Assembly: GCF_051097895.1 (NCBI RefSeq)
Contig: NZ_CP142525.1
Location: 1,650,001 to 1,682,000 of the forward strand
Length of the DNA stretch: 32,000 nt
Origin: Psychrobacter sp. HD31
GTDB lineage: Bacteria; Pseudomonadota; Gammaproteobacteria; Pseudomonadales; Moraxellaceae
Direction: 5' to 3'
Each line of letters begins with the position of its first letter. Positions within the stretch are counted from its first letter, which is position 1. Under the pieces are notes generated by a model, which saw nothing but the letters and a program-made list of their open reading frames with translations, was not told the DNA's origin and searched no databases. Positions 22,467-32,000 of the stretch are shown here, piece by piece. The translations under genes were made by a program, and so were the position numbers.

Positions 22467-23513
22467 ATGCAAGTTGTCAGCAAGTTATTTACGTCACTTA
22501 ACCTTACACGACCAATTGTACAGGCGCCAATGGCAGGTGGTGCAACAACCCCTGCGCTAATCAGCCAAGTTAGTGAGTTTGGCGGGCTGGGTTCGCTGGG
22601 TGCGGGTATGACCTCACCAGAAAAGTTGAATGAGCAAATTAATGAAATTAAAGCACTGACAGATAAGCCATTTTCAGTTAACTTGATGGTGTTATCAGAA
22701 CAAGAATCGACCGATTTTTCTAGTCCTATGCCATCATGGCTTGTTGATTATTATCAGCAAAACAATATCAAGGTGAGTTTGCCAGAAAAGCCCGCAGAGA
22801 TATTTGCAAACCAATTGCAAGTGTTAATAAAAAATCCTGTTGCGGTCGTTAGCTTTACTTTTGGCATTATCACGAAAGCGCAAGTTAAAGCATTGCATGA
22901 TGTGGGCAGCTTGGTTGTTGGTACGGCAAACCACCCACTTGAAGCTAAAGCATGGGCAGATATTGGGGCAGATATGGTTTGTGTGCAAGGCGTTGAAGCG
23001 GGAGGGCACCGTGGTGGTTGGCTAATTCAATCGCAGGCGGATCCATTAGGTTTATTAACGCTCATTAGTCAAACGAAGGCGATAACGCAAGTGCCACTGA
23101 TTGCCGCAGGTGGAATTATGACCAAGCAAGATATTGATGCAGTACGACAAGCAGGTGCAGAGCTTGCGCAACTTGGTACGGCATTTTTAACCACCAAAGA
23201 AAGTGGCATTAATCCAACTTATAAAGCAGAGCTGCTAAAAACGGCTAAAACACAGCATAAGGTGACACGTTTAACCCGACTATTTTCTGGCAAACAAGCA
23301 CGTGGGCTAGTAAATGAGTATATGGATAAATATGCCCCATATGATAATGAAAACGCCTTGCCTGCATATCCTCAACTTAACGCAATGACAAAACAAATGC
23401 GTACAAATGCGAGCCAAACACAAAACCCTGAGTATTTGTCTTTATGGGCAGGGCAGGGTGTTAATTTGGTGAGAGAGGAAAGTGTTGCCGAGCTTATGCA
23501 AAGGTTATGGTAA
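22467..23513 (+). CDS. nitronate monooxygenase (NMO / 2-nitropropane dioxygenase family)
   Basis: 348 aa with PIVQAPMAGGATTPALISQVSEFGGLGSLG and a later VQGVEAGGHRG motif. Confidence 0.8.
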   Translation: MQVVSKLFTSLNLTRPIVQAPMAGGATTPALISQVSEFGGLGSLGAGMTSPEKLNEQINEIKALTDKPFSVNLMVLSEQESTDFSSPMPSWLVDYYQQNNIKVSLPEKPAEIFANQLQVLIKNPVAVVSFTFGIITKAQVKALHDVGSLVVGTANHPLEAKAWADIGADMVCVQGVEAGGHRGGWLIQSQADPLGLLTLISQTKAITQVPLIAAGGIMTKQDIDAVRQAGAELAQLGTAFLTTKESGINPTYKAELLKTAKTQHKVTRLTRLFSGKQARGLVNEYMDKYAPYDNENALPAYPQLNAMTKQMRTNASQTQNPEYLSLWAGQGVNLVREESVAELMQRLW

Positions 23514-23800
23514 TACACATGAGCTGGTAGGCATGTTATAAAAGATGCCGTGTGATTTTATACATCATGGGGCATCCTATGTAGTTTAATGACAACCTAC
23601 CAGCTTATTATTATATAACGCTTATCAAGGCTAAAAACCCATTAAAAACAGTTGTTACGCATTTACCTGCCATATCCTCCAAGTTTGTTTAACTATCTAC
23701 ACTAAATTGCGTATAATCGTTAGTACTAAAAGCAATTTTTATCTTTTTAAATAAATCTATCTGATATTGCTAAGATTGATTAGGCATATGGGGAGCCTAC

Positions 23801-25129
23801 ATGACAGAATCAAACCACCAACAAAAAAAACAAGCGTCACCGCATCATAATACGTATTCGCCAAGCAACGACAGCAATAATAAAAGTAATCATGTAAAAA
23901 ATAAACTTGGTTATCTTATGCTGTTGTTAGCGGTACTTGTTGTTGGGGTTTTGTTTGGCAAATTTTGGGCAGATAAAGCCGCTAATCGCAATGCAATAGC
24001 ACATGATGTTGGTAATGGTGCAGCAACGAAAACGGATAAAGATTCAAAAACGGTTGAGCAACCTGTATTAGCGGTTGAAATTATTGAGCCCCAAACTGGT
24101 AACGTAAGGCTTAATTTAAAGGCAGATGGCACTGTTGCACCAAAGGATACTGCCAGTATTAGTGGGCGCGTATCTGGTGTGGCAATAGAAAAAATATTGG
24201 TTAATACAGGCGACTGGGTTAAAAAAGGTCAAACATTGGCATTGTTTGATACTCAAAGTCTTCAGCAAAATGTGATGCAGGCAGAAGCCAGTGTGATGCA
24301 AGCAAAAGCAACCTATGCCAAAGCAAAAGCAGATGTTGCCCGAGTTGAGCCCTTATTAAAAATGAATGCTGTGAGCAAACAAGAGGTAGATGCCTACATA
24401 ACGGCACAAAATCAGGCAAAAGCCAGCTTGGTGGCTGCACAATCGCAACTCAATAATCAAAAAATTACCTTAAATAACAGCAGAGTCGTTGCCCCCGCCT
24501 CTGGCATTATTAGTGAAAAAACAGCGCAAATTGGTGCAATCCCTCAAGGTCCTTTGTTTACTATCATTCAGGGTGGTCGTTTAGAATGGAAAGCCGATAT
24601 CAACCCAGAAAAAGTCAGTCAAATTAAGGCTGGCACGCCTGTGTTGGTACAAACAGTAAATGGTGAAAAAATATCAGGGAAGGTTAGCCGAATCAACCCC
24701 GTTGCCGGTAATAATCGTCAAATAAGTGTGTTTGCAAGTTTAGCACCCAACCCAAACATCCAGTCTGGCATGTTGTTAACAGGTGAATTTATTTTAGGCA
24801 GTCAGTCACAACAGGTTGTTCCTGTATCTGCTGTGGTGGGTAATGATGGATATGACTACTTGATGTTGGTTGATGCAATCAAGCAGCAAGATATAAACGG
24901 AAAAATGCAAACGGTTGGTCGTATCAAACGTCTTAAAATTGAGTTGGGTGGACAATATGGAGATGCCGTAGCGGTGAAAACTCAAATCCCTGCTAATACA
25001 GCTATTGTGCGTCAAGGGGGCAGCTTTTTGAGCGAAGGGGACTTAGTGAACATTGTCCAGCCTAAATTAAAGCAAACCACTGCCAATAATCCCAGTAACG
25101 CTAATAAGCCGAATACCAGCGGAGAATAG
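23801..25129 (+). CDS. RND efflux periplasmic adaptor (membrane fusion protein)
   Basis: 442 aa with an N-terminal cytoplasmic tail plus TM anchor (LGYLMLLLAVLVVGVLFG), lipoyl, hairpin and beta-barrel pattern, and a position 2 nt upstream of the RND pump gene. Confidence 0.8.
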   Translation: MTESNHQQKKQASPHHNTYSPSNDSNNKSNHVKNKLGYLMLLLAVLVVGVLFGKFWADKAANRNAIAHDVGNGAATKTDKDSKTVEQPVLAVEIIEPQTGNVRLNLKADGTVAPKDTASISGRVSGVAIEKILVNTGDWVKKGQTLALFDTQSLQQNVMQAEASVMQAKATYAKAKADVARVEPLLKMNAVSKQEVDAYITAQNQAKASLVAAQSQLNNQKITLNNSRVVAPASGIISEKTAQIGAIPQGPLFTIIQGGRLEWKADINPEKVSQIKAGTPVLVQTVNGEKISGKVSRINPVAGNNRQISVFASLAPNPNIQSGMLLTGEFILGSQSQQVVPVSAVVGNDGYDYLMLVDAIKQQDINGKMQTVGRIKRLKIELGGQYGDAVAVKTQIPANTAIVRQGGSFLSEGDLVNIVQPKLKQTTANNPSNANKPNTSGE

Positions 25130-25131
25130 TC

Positions 25132-28100
25132 ATGAATTTTTCGGCATATTCTATTAAAAATCCGCTGGTTGCTATTTTACTGTTTACCTTGTTAATGATA
25201 GGTGGCATTTTTGGTTTTAACAAGATGAAGGTGCAGCAGTTTCCTGATGTGACCTTCCCCGTTGTGATAGTGACAGTGCCTCTACCTGGTGCGGCACCTG
25301 CTCAGCTAGAAAATGATATTGGTAAGAAGGTTGAAAACAAACTTGCTGGTATTGAAGGGGTTAAAACCATGCGCACGACCCTGCAAACGGGTGCGGCAAC
25401 CATCACAACAGAGTTTGAGCTAGAAAAAGATTTACAAGAAGCGGTTGATGAGGTGCGTTCTGCAATTAATGAGATTAAAGGCGACTTACCTGCTGCGGCT
25501 AATGACCCCATTATTTCTAAAGTAAACATGGCAAGTGAGCCAATTCTTACCTATACCATCTCATCATCGAAAATGAATGAAATGGAGCTGTCTTGGTTTG
25601 TTAATAATGACATAGATAAAAGACTCTCGGAGATTACAGGCGTTGGTGATGTTGGACGCATTGGTGGGGTGAACCGTGTGATTACGGTCGCAGCAAATCC
25701 AAACCGCATGAATGCTTTGCAAATGCCAATTAGCCAATTGTCTCAACAAATTTCAGCAACGCAGCAGGATACTTCTGGCGGCACAGCCAAGGTTGGTGGC
25801 TATGCTCAAACAATTCGTATTTTAGGCGCCGTAGAAAATGCACGTGAGTTAGGCGATATGCAAATTAGCTTGCCTACGGGTGGTGCAGAGCCGTTATCCA
25901 ATCTTGCCACTATCACAGATGGTGAGGCAGAGCGAGCATCCACGGCTGAGTTAAACGGCAACCCTGTTGTTGCTTTTACAGTCACACGGACACGACTTGC
26001 TGATGGGGTGAAAGTTGCTCATGCGGTGCAAGCGTCACTCGATGAACTACAAAAAGAAGACCCAAGCTTAACCATTACAGAGGTTTTTAATACAGTAAAA
26101 CCTATTGAAGAAGATTATAAGACTTCAATGAATATGCTGATAGAAGGTGGTGCATTAGCCGTTATTGTGGTTTTCTTGTTTCTACGAAATTGGCGTGCGA
26201 CCATTGTGTCGGCAGTGGCATTGCCCTTGTCTGTCATCCCTGCCTTTTTGGGCATGTGGTATTTAGACTTTAGTCTAAATATGTTATCGCTGCTTGCGTT
26301 ATCCTTGGTTATTGGTGTGTTGGTTGATGATGCTATTGTCGAAGTAGAAAACATAGTCCGCCATTTGCAAATGGGCAAAACACCTTATCAAGCGGCGATG
26401 GAAGCTGCCGACGAGATTGGTTTGGCTGTAATTGCAACCACCTTTACCTTGATTGCCGTATTTTTACCAACGGCATTTATGAGTGGTATTATTGGGCAGT
26501 TTTTTAAACAATTTGGTTGGACTGCCGCCATCGCAATTTTTATGTCTTTATTGGTTGCCCGTTTGATTACTCCAATGATGGCAGCCTATTTTATGAAGCC
26601 GATTCCGCCAAAAAAGGAAAAAGACGGCTTTATCATGAGTACTTATTTAAACTTTGTTAAAAAAGCGATAAAACACCGCTGGCTTACTGTTTTCGCTATG
26701 GTATTGTTTTTTGCTTGGTCAGTATCTTTGGTAAAACATTTACCAAGCACTTTTATCCCAGCTGATGAAATGAACCAAAGTCGAGTTGCCATTGAGTTAA
26801 CGCCGGATGTACGACTAGAAGATACCGCCAGAATTACCAGCATGACCTATGAAGCGATTAAAGATATTGAAGGTATTGAGAGTGTGATGAGTGCGGTGGG
26901 TCAAGCCCAATCACAAATGAATGAAGACAGCACAGGTATCTCTTCTGTTAACACCGCAAGCCTTGATATTGTACTGGCACCAAGAGATGAACGCCCAAGC
27001 AAAGCAGTAATAGAAGGGCAAATTATTGAAGCATTAAAAGACATACCAGCAGCCCGTTTTAGTGTTGGGATTGCAACAGGTGGTGGCATTGGCTATGAGT
27101 TTCAGCTCAGTGGTGATAACCCAGCGTTGCTAGAGAAAACCGCACAAATGTTAATGACGCAAGCACGCCAGTTGGATATTGTTAGTACAGTAAGCAACAA
27201 TAAAAGTTTGCCGAAGGCTGAGTTGATTATTAACCCGAATCGTTTGGCGATGGCAGATAAAGGGGTGACTACCCGGCAGATTGCCAATACGTTGCGCATT
27301 GCGACGGCTGGTGATTTTGAGCAAAGTCTCTCCAAGCTAAATTTGGATAGTCGCCAAATTAACATTGTGGTTAGGCTACCAGATGAAGCACGTGCTAACG
27401 TTAGCCAACTTGCAGATTTGTATGTAACCAACAATGTGCGTGTGGGGGATGTGGCAGATTTATCGTTTAAAAGCGGACCCTCGCAAATTAGACGATTTAA
27501 CCGAGAACGTTCGATTAAGTTTTCGATTAGCTCGGTGAGTGGTGATATAGGACCAATTAAAACAGCGGTACAGAGTTTGCCAATTATGCAAAACTTACCA
27601 GATGGCATTAGTGTTAATGAAACAGGAGAAGCAGAAAATCAGGCAGAGTTGCTGAGCGGTTTTGCGATGGCAATGGGCATTGGTATTTTCTGTATTTTTG
27701 GCGTGCTTATTTTACTGTTCCATAAAGTATTGCAACCATTTACCATTTTAATGGCATTGCCGTTATCAATTGGTGGGGCGTTTATTGGGCTTTTGGTAAC
27801 CGGCAGTAGTTTGTCACTACCTTCTATGATTGGTTTTATCATGCTGATGGGTATTGCGACTAAAAACTCAATTTTGTTGGTGGATTATGCCATTATTGCG
27901 CAAAACGAGTATGGTAAAAACCGTTTTGATGCCTTGATAGATGCCTGCCATAAGCGAGCAAGACCCATTGTTATGACCACCATTGCGATGGGTGCCGGTA
28001 TGATGCCTTTGTTACTTGGGCTAGGCGGTGCAGATCCAACTTTCCGTCAGCCAATGGCAGCAGCGGTGATTGGCGGCTTAGTAACATCAACGGCGCTCAG

Positions 28101-28185
28101 TTTGATTGTTATCCCGGTTATTTATACGTTTATGGATGATTTATCAGCTTTTGTGGTTAAAATGTTTAAGCCTGCAAGTAGATAG
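25132..28185 (+). CDS. RND efflux transporter permease (AcrB/AcrD/AcrF superfamily)
   Basis: 1017 aa with a 12-TM architecture and a conserved TM4 region (LVIGVLVDDAIVEVENI). Confidence 0.9.
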   Translation: MNFSAYSIKNPLVAILLFTLLMIGGIFGFNKMKVQQFPDVTFPVVIVTVPLPGAAPAQLENDIGKKVENKLAGIEGVKTMRTTLQTGAATITTEFELEKDLQEAVDEVRSAINEIKGDLPAAANDPIISKVNMASEPILTYTISSSKMNEMELSWFVNNDIDKRLSEITGVGDVGRIGGVNRVITVAANPNRMNALQMPISQLSQQISATQQDTSGGTAKVGGYAQTIRILGAVENARELGDMQISLPTGGAEPLSNLATITDGEAERASTAELNGNPVVAFTVTRTRLADGVKVAHAVQASLDELQKEDPSLTITEVFNTVKPIEEDYKTSMNMLIEGGALAVIVVFLFLRNWRATIVSAVALPLSVIPAFLGMWYLDFSLNMLSLLALSLVIGVLVDDAIVEVENIVRHLQMGKTPYQAAMEAADEIGLAVIATTFTLIAVFLPTAFMSGIIGQFFKQFGWTAAIAIFMSLLVARLITPMMAAYFMKPIPPKKEKDGFIMSTYLNFVKKAIKHRWLTVFAMVLFFAWSVSLVKHLPSTFIPADEMNQSRVAIELTPDVRLEDTARITSMTYEAIKDIEGIESVMSAVGQAQSQMNEDSTGISSVNTASLDIVLAPRDERPSKAVIEGQIIEALKDIPAARFSVGIATGGGIGYEFQLSGDNPALLEKTAQMLMTQARQLDIVSTVSNNKSLPKAELIINPNRLAMADKGVTTRQIANTLRIATAGDFEQSLSKLNLDSRQINIVVRLPDEARANVSQLADLYVTNNVRVGDVADLSFKSGPSQIRRFNRERSIKFSISSVSGDIGPIKTAVQSLPIMQNLPDGISVNETGEAENQAELLSGFAMAMGIGIFCIFGVLILLFHKVLQPFTILMALPLSIGGAFIGLLVTGSSLSLPSMIGFIMLMGIATKNSILLVDYAIIAQNEYGKNRFDALIDACHKRARPIVMTTIAMGAGMMPLLLGLGGADPTFRQPMAAAVIGGLVTSTALSLIVIPVIYTFMDDLSAFVVKMFKPASR

Positions 28186-28233
28186 TAGTTTTAAAGATTG
28201 ATTTACTAAAACTTACAAACGGTTTTATAAAAA

Positions 28234-28272
28234 CAAAAAAAGATGGTTGTTTATTAACAACCATCTTTTTTA
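28234..28272. terminator. bidirectional rho-independent terminator between the convergent RND pump and ycnI-like genes
   Basis: A 10-bp aagatggttg / caaccatctt stem is flanked by an A-run upstream and a T-run downstream. Confidence 0.65.
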
Positions 28273-28287
28273 TATTTTATGCGCTGC

Positions 28288-28824
28288 CTAGTGATGATGA
28301 CCGTGAGAAGTATCCTCAATGGCGGTGATACTTGGCGCAGGGCGTTTAAGGTCATGCGCGTCTTGACCAGCTTCAGGGATTTCTACCCACTTATTGCTGC
28401 CAGATTCGCAAGTTTGTATAACAGGCAAATAGATGACTTCATTGGCTTTAAAATGGTCAGTTACTCTGGCACGGAATACAAATTCATCATAAAAATCATT
28501 GGGTAATTTTCCACCTTTCCATGTGATGCTTTTTACACCCTCGGTAACTTCACCATGATATTGGTATGTATTTTCATACTTTCCACGTACAACATCAATC
28601 TCCCAACCCGCTTTTGGCATTGGTTTTGCTTTAATAACACCTTCTGGCAGAGTGACACTGACTGAAGTGGTTGCGCTACCTTTACAACCATGTGGAATGC
28701 GAATAACCGCTTTATAATTTTGGTTAATCGTGGCTTCTTTTTGCTCAAAGGTTGCATGGGCAGAGGCAGTAGCCGAATAGAGGCTTGCAAACATAACTGC
28801 AGATAAAATTAATGGGTTTTTCAT
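28288..28824 (-). CDS. YcnI-like (DUF1775) periplasmic copper-binding protein with a His-rich C-terminus
   Basis: 178 aa. A signal peptide ends in ASA-HATFE, leaving His as the mature N-terminal residue. The pattern ..RIPHGC..T..V.V.LPEGV...KP.PKAGWE.. fits the family, and the tail is SHGHHH. Confidence 0.6.
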   Translation of the reverse strand: MKNPLILSAVMFASLYSATASAHATFEQKEATINQNYKAVIRIPHGCKGSATTSVSVTLPEGVIKAKPMPKAGWEIDVVRGKYENTYQYHGEVTEGVKSITWKGGKLPNDFYDEFVFRARVTDHFKANEVIYLPVIQTCESGSNKWVEIPEAGQDAHDLKRPAPSITAIEDTSHGHHH

Positions 28825-28930
28825 TGAACATCCTTTATTTTATGATGGTTGTGTTAAGTGACATTATAAAAAATCGATTTGGATGTTAACATATTATAGA
28901 TAATGTTGTAACTGATTTTCATTATATTTT

Positions 28931-28978
28931 AAAATAAAAAAAGCGATGGAAACTATCTGTTATTAGTTTGCCATCGCT
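28931..28978 (-). terminator. rho-independent terminator downstream of ompR
   Basis: agcgatgg/ccatcgct plus an inner aaacta/tagttt stem (14 bp with one bulge), followed on the minus strand by a U-rich tract. Confidence 0.65.
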
Positions 28979-28997
28979 ATTGGTTTATCTGTTATTT

Positions 28998-29735
28998 TTA
29001 GCCTTCTGAACCATCAGGTACAAATACATAGCCAACGCCCCATACGGTTTGAATATAGCGTGATTGTGATGGGTTTTCTTCAATCAAACGACGTAAGCGA
29101 GATACTTGAACATCAATTGAGCGTTCCATTGCGCCCCATTCACGCCCACGAGCAAGATTCATGAGTTTATCACGTGTTAGAGGCTCACGCGGGTGTTGTA
29201 CCAATGCTTTTAAAACACTAAACTCACCAGTAGTTAGCGTCACCACATTGTCATCACGCTTTAAGGTGCGAGTTGATAAGTCTAATGACCATGGTCCAAA
29301 ATCAACTACTTCCATTTGTTGGCTTGGTGCACCAGGTAACTCACGATTTTGGCGGCGTAAAACAGCTTTAATGCGTGCAAGCAACTCTTTTGGATTAAAT
29401 GGTTTTGGTAGGTAGTCATCTGCACCCGCTTCAAGCCCAGCAATGCGATCATTGTCGCCACCTTTTGCGGTTAGCATGATAATAGGGATGTCTGCATTTT
29501 CTTCACGTAGGCGTTTACAAATGCTAATGCCATCTTCACCTGGTAACATTAGGTCAAGAACTACTAATGAAAATAGCTCACGTTGGATTAATTTATCCAT
29601 TTGGCTGCCATCATGAGCGGTACGTACCACAAAACCATCGTCTTCTAGAAAACGTTGTAACAGGCTACGCAAACGGGCATCGTCATCAACAACTAGGATG
29701 CGTTGGGTCACTTGGTCTGAGCTAGAATCAGTCAT
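28998..29735 (-). CDS. ompR: OmpR-family two-component response regulator
   Basis: 245 aa with a receiver domain (ILVVDDD...LDLMLPGEDG...LTAKG) and a winged-helix output domain (..YIQTVWGVGYVF) very similar to OmpR. Confidence 0.85.
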   Translation of the reverse strand: MTDSSSDQVTQRILVVDDDARLRSLLQRFLEDDGFVVRTAHDGSQMDKLIQRELFSLVVLDLMLPGEDGISICKRLREENADIPIIMLTAKGGDNDRIAGLEAGADDYLPKPFNPKELLARIKAVLRRQNRELPGAPSQQMEVVDFGPWSLDLSTRTLKRDDNVVTLTTGEFSVLKALVQHPREPLTRDKLMNLARGREWGAMERSIDVQVSRLRRLIEENPSQSRYIQTVWGVGYVFVPDGSEG

Positions 29736-29982
29736 TCAAATATTCCTTTTTTATACAAACTTTTTATATTTTAAGTGTATAAGATTGCAGGTAAAATTGC
29801 ATTCTTTTTCGCAAAAAACATGCAATTTTGTTTACAAGTGTAAACCTATTTGTTGGTAACAAGCAAATATTCGTTAAAAATATTATTAAAGGTTTGTTAT
29901 AATGGCAAAAATTTTATATTTAAAAAACTAAGCTTTATTAACAAGTAAGGCTTTAAAATTAATAATTTTGTACGGATAATAC

Positions 29983-32000
29983 ATGTCTACAACCACTACT
30001 CAACCAGAAATCGACAGCACCACTCAGGCAAAAATTTATGAAAAAATTGCCCAAAACTTGGGTGTGCAAACCAAGCAAATTACCGCTTTTGTAAAATTGT
30101 ATGATGAGGGGGCGACTGTGCCATTTATTGCACGGTATCGTAAAGAGCAAACTGGTGGGCTAGATGATGCTCAACTGCGTGTGCTAGAAAAGTCACTTAA
30201 CTATGAGCGTGATATGGCAACTCGCCGCGCTAAGATTTTGGACTTGTTAACAGCGCAGGGCAATTTGGATGAGGCATTACAAGCACGTATTGAAGCCGCT
30301 AAGTCAAAACTTGAGCTAGAAGATATCTATTTGCCATATCGTCCTCGTCGCCGTTCGTTATCATCAAAAGCAAAAGCAGCAGGGCTTGAGCCAATCGCTA
30401 AAGCAGTGCTAGAGACACAAGTGGCACCGTTAGATGCGTTAGCAAATTATAGCCTACCAGAAAATATTACGGATGATACCGGAGAGGTAGTAGAAGTTGA
30501 CTTTGCAGACACACAAAAACAGCTGGCAGGTGTGCAAGCAATTATTATTGACCAATGGACACAAGATTTAGCGCTGCTAGATGATGTGCGTAATGGTTTT
30601 GGTAAAACAGCGACCCTAAATTCGGTTGTTGCTAGCGATGAAAAACGCGAAGTTGGCGAAAAGTTTAAAGATTATTTTGAGCATAGTGAAAACCTAGCAC
30701 GTTTGCCTAATCACCGTTTGCTTGCCATGTTGCGTGGTCGTCAAGAAAATGTTTTAACATTAAAAGTAGATGGCGAAGATGCCCCCTTTATTGACAAAAT
30801 AGTGAACAATTTTGAGTTGGCTGGTTTACAACCTGCCGAAAGAGAAAACTTTTTAGTAGAAGCAGCAACCAGTTTATGGTCAGATAAATGGCGCCCACAT
30901 ATCGAGCATCGTTTATTGACTGAAAAACGCTTAACCGCCGAAGCAGATGCGATTGATGTATTTGCCAACAATCTACAACATTTATTAATGGCTGCGCCTG
31001 CGGGTCGTAAAGTGATTTTGGGTGTTGACCCTGGTATCCGCCATGGTGTGAAGATGGCAGTGGTTGGGGCTGAAGGTCACGTATTGCAAAGTGAGGCTGG
31101 TGAGCCAGTTATTTCTACGGTTTATCCGTTTGATGGTGGTCAGGGTAAGGTTGAAGAAGCAAAAGCGACAATTGCTGAGCTGATTACTACTTACAATGTA
31201 GCGTTGGTTGCTATTGGCAATGGCACGGCAAGCCGAGAAACGGATGCTTTAATTAAGCAAATTATTAGTGATGAGAACTTAACAGCAACTGCCGTTGTGG
31301 TTAATGAATCTGGTGCCTCGGTATACTCAGCCAGTGAGCTGGCAAGTGATGAACTTGCAGAGTTAGACGTATCTATCCGTGGTGCGGTGTCTATTGCACG
31401 TCGTTTGCAAGATCCGCTATCAGAACTGGTTAAGGTTGATCCAAAAGCCATTGGTGTGGGGCAATATCAGCATGATGTGAACCAAACACAACTGGCTGAC
31501 AGCCTAGATAAAGTAACGCAAGATTGTGTAAACGCCGTGGGTGTTGATGTTAATACGGCAAGCCCAGCCATTTTGGCGCATATTGCAGGTTTAAACCGCA
31601 ACGTTGCCCAACAAATTGTTAATTACCGTAAAGACAATGGTGCGTTTGCAAACAGAGAAGACTTAAAAGCAGTACCTAGATTAGGGACCAAAACATTTGA
31701 ACAAGCGGCAGGTTTCTTACGTATCCGTGATGGACAAGAGCCACTGGATGCGACAGGTGTTCATCCAGAAAGCTATGAGTTAGTACATGAGATTTTAGCA
31801 AAATCTGACAAATCACTGGCAGATGTATTAGGCAATAATGGTGAACTACAAACGCTTGATACCACAGGCATTGAAACTGATGGCATGGGGGTGGCTTCTA
31901 TTATTGCAGAGCTTGCCAAACCAGCCCATGACCCACGTCCAGAGTTTAAAACGGCGAACTTTAGTGATGCTGTTAATAGCATAAGTGACTTAGAAGTGGG
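29983..32000 (+). CDS. tex: Tex-like transcription accessory protein (N-terminal ~672 aa; runs off the window end)
   Basis: My own translation from the ATG at 29983 gives MSTTTTQPEIDSTTQAKIYEKIAQNLGVQTKQITAFVKLYDEGATVPFIARYRKEQTGGLDD.., the hallmark Tex N-terminus. The frame stays open to the window end and is not in the track because there is no stop. Confidence 0.85.
   Translation, partial: MSTTTTQPEIDSTTQAKIYEKIAQNLGVQTKQITAFVKLYDEGATVPFIARYRKEQTGGLDDAQLRVLEKSLNYERDMATRRAKILDLLTAQGNLDEALQARIEAAKSKLELEDIYLPYRPRRRSLSSKAKAAGLEPIAKAVLETQVAPLDALANYSLPENITDDTGEVVEVDFADTQKQLAGVQAIIIDQWTQDLALLDDVRNGFGKTATLNSVVASDEKREVGEKFKDYFEHSENLARLPNHRLLAMLRGRQENVLTLKVDGEDAPFIDKIVNNFELAGLQPAERENFLVEAATSLWSDKWRPHIEHRLLTEKRLTAEADAIDVFANNLQHLLMAAPAGRKVILGVDPGIRHGVKMAVVGAEGHVLQSEAGEPVISTVYPFDGGQGKVEEAKATIAELITTYNVALVAIGNGTASRETDALIKQIISDENLTATAVVVNESGASVYSASELASDELAELDVSIRGAVSIARRLQDPLSELVKVDPKAIGVGQYQHDVNQTQLADSLDKVTQDCVNAVGVDVNTASPAILAHIAGLNRNVAQQIVNYRKDNGAFANREDLKAVPRLGTKTFEQAAGFLRIRDGQEPLDATGVHPESYELVHEILAKSDKSLADVLGNNGELQTLDTTGIETDGMGVASIIAELAKPAHDPRPEFKTANFSDAVNSISDLEV

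Noticed and set aside
29959-30150. 63-aa minus-strand ORF overlapping the start of tex.
   Set aside because: It is antisense to the highly conserved Tex N-terminus, with no SD and no motif.
1-32000. CRISPR arrays, rRNA or canonical tRNA genes, IS elements, integrase or attachment-site tRNA.
   Set aside because: None was seen. The mobile element is a transposable (DDE/MuA) phage, so no integrase or att-tRNA is expected.

Overview
The window has two parts. Positions 1 to about 16,728 hold the immunity, early and head portion of a Mu-like transposable prophage. Every phage gene except the repressor is on the minus strand, and the prophage continues past the window start. From right to left the order is: CI/LexA-type repressor, operator region, Ner, MuA transposase, two unknown ORFs, MuB ATPase, GemA, Mor, a block of small unknown genes, DUF3164, an HU-like protein, GH108 endolysin, membrane/lysis candidates, TraR zinc finger, terminase small and large subunits (gp27/gp28-like), portal (gpH), MuF, protease/scaffold (gpI) and major head protein (gpT, partial). 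The repressor-proximal end carries reiterated ATGGGAAT-type terminal repeats. It abuts the 3' fragment of an alanine/glycine:cation symporter gene, so the phage appears to have transposed into that gene. Positions 16,7xx to 32,000 are ordinary chromosome of a low-GC gammaproteobacterium; the gene content feels Moraxellaceae-like, but I cannot verify that. It carries yigZ, yheV, argA, a secreted protein, a YheT-like hydrolase, a thioesterase, nitronate monooxygenase, an RND efflux pair (adaptor plus pump), a YcnI-like copper protein, ompR and tex (partial). The observations most worth follow-up are all in the prophage. (1) The F-I junction, where Mu has gene G and Pseudomonas Mu-like phages carry anti-CRISPR operons, holds a 146-bp non-coding insert with a near-consensus antisense sigma70 promoter that would fire exactly into an 80-nt tRNA-shaped element. 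(2) Exact or near-exact short direct repeats copy gene 3' boundaries: 27 bp at 1674 and 8824, and 20 bp at 10535 and 10816. (3) A phage-encoded HU gene is followed by a strong terminator hairpin that also sequesters the endolysin Shine-Dalgarno sequence. (4) Two translationally coupled unknown ORFs sit between the A and B transposition genes. All protein calls rest on my reading of the supplied translations (motif recognition), not on database searches.
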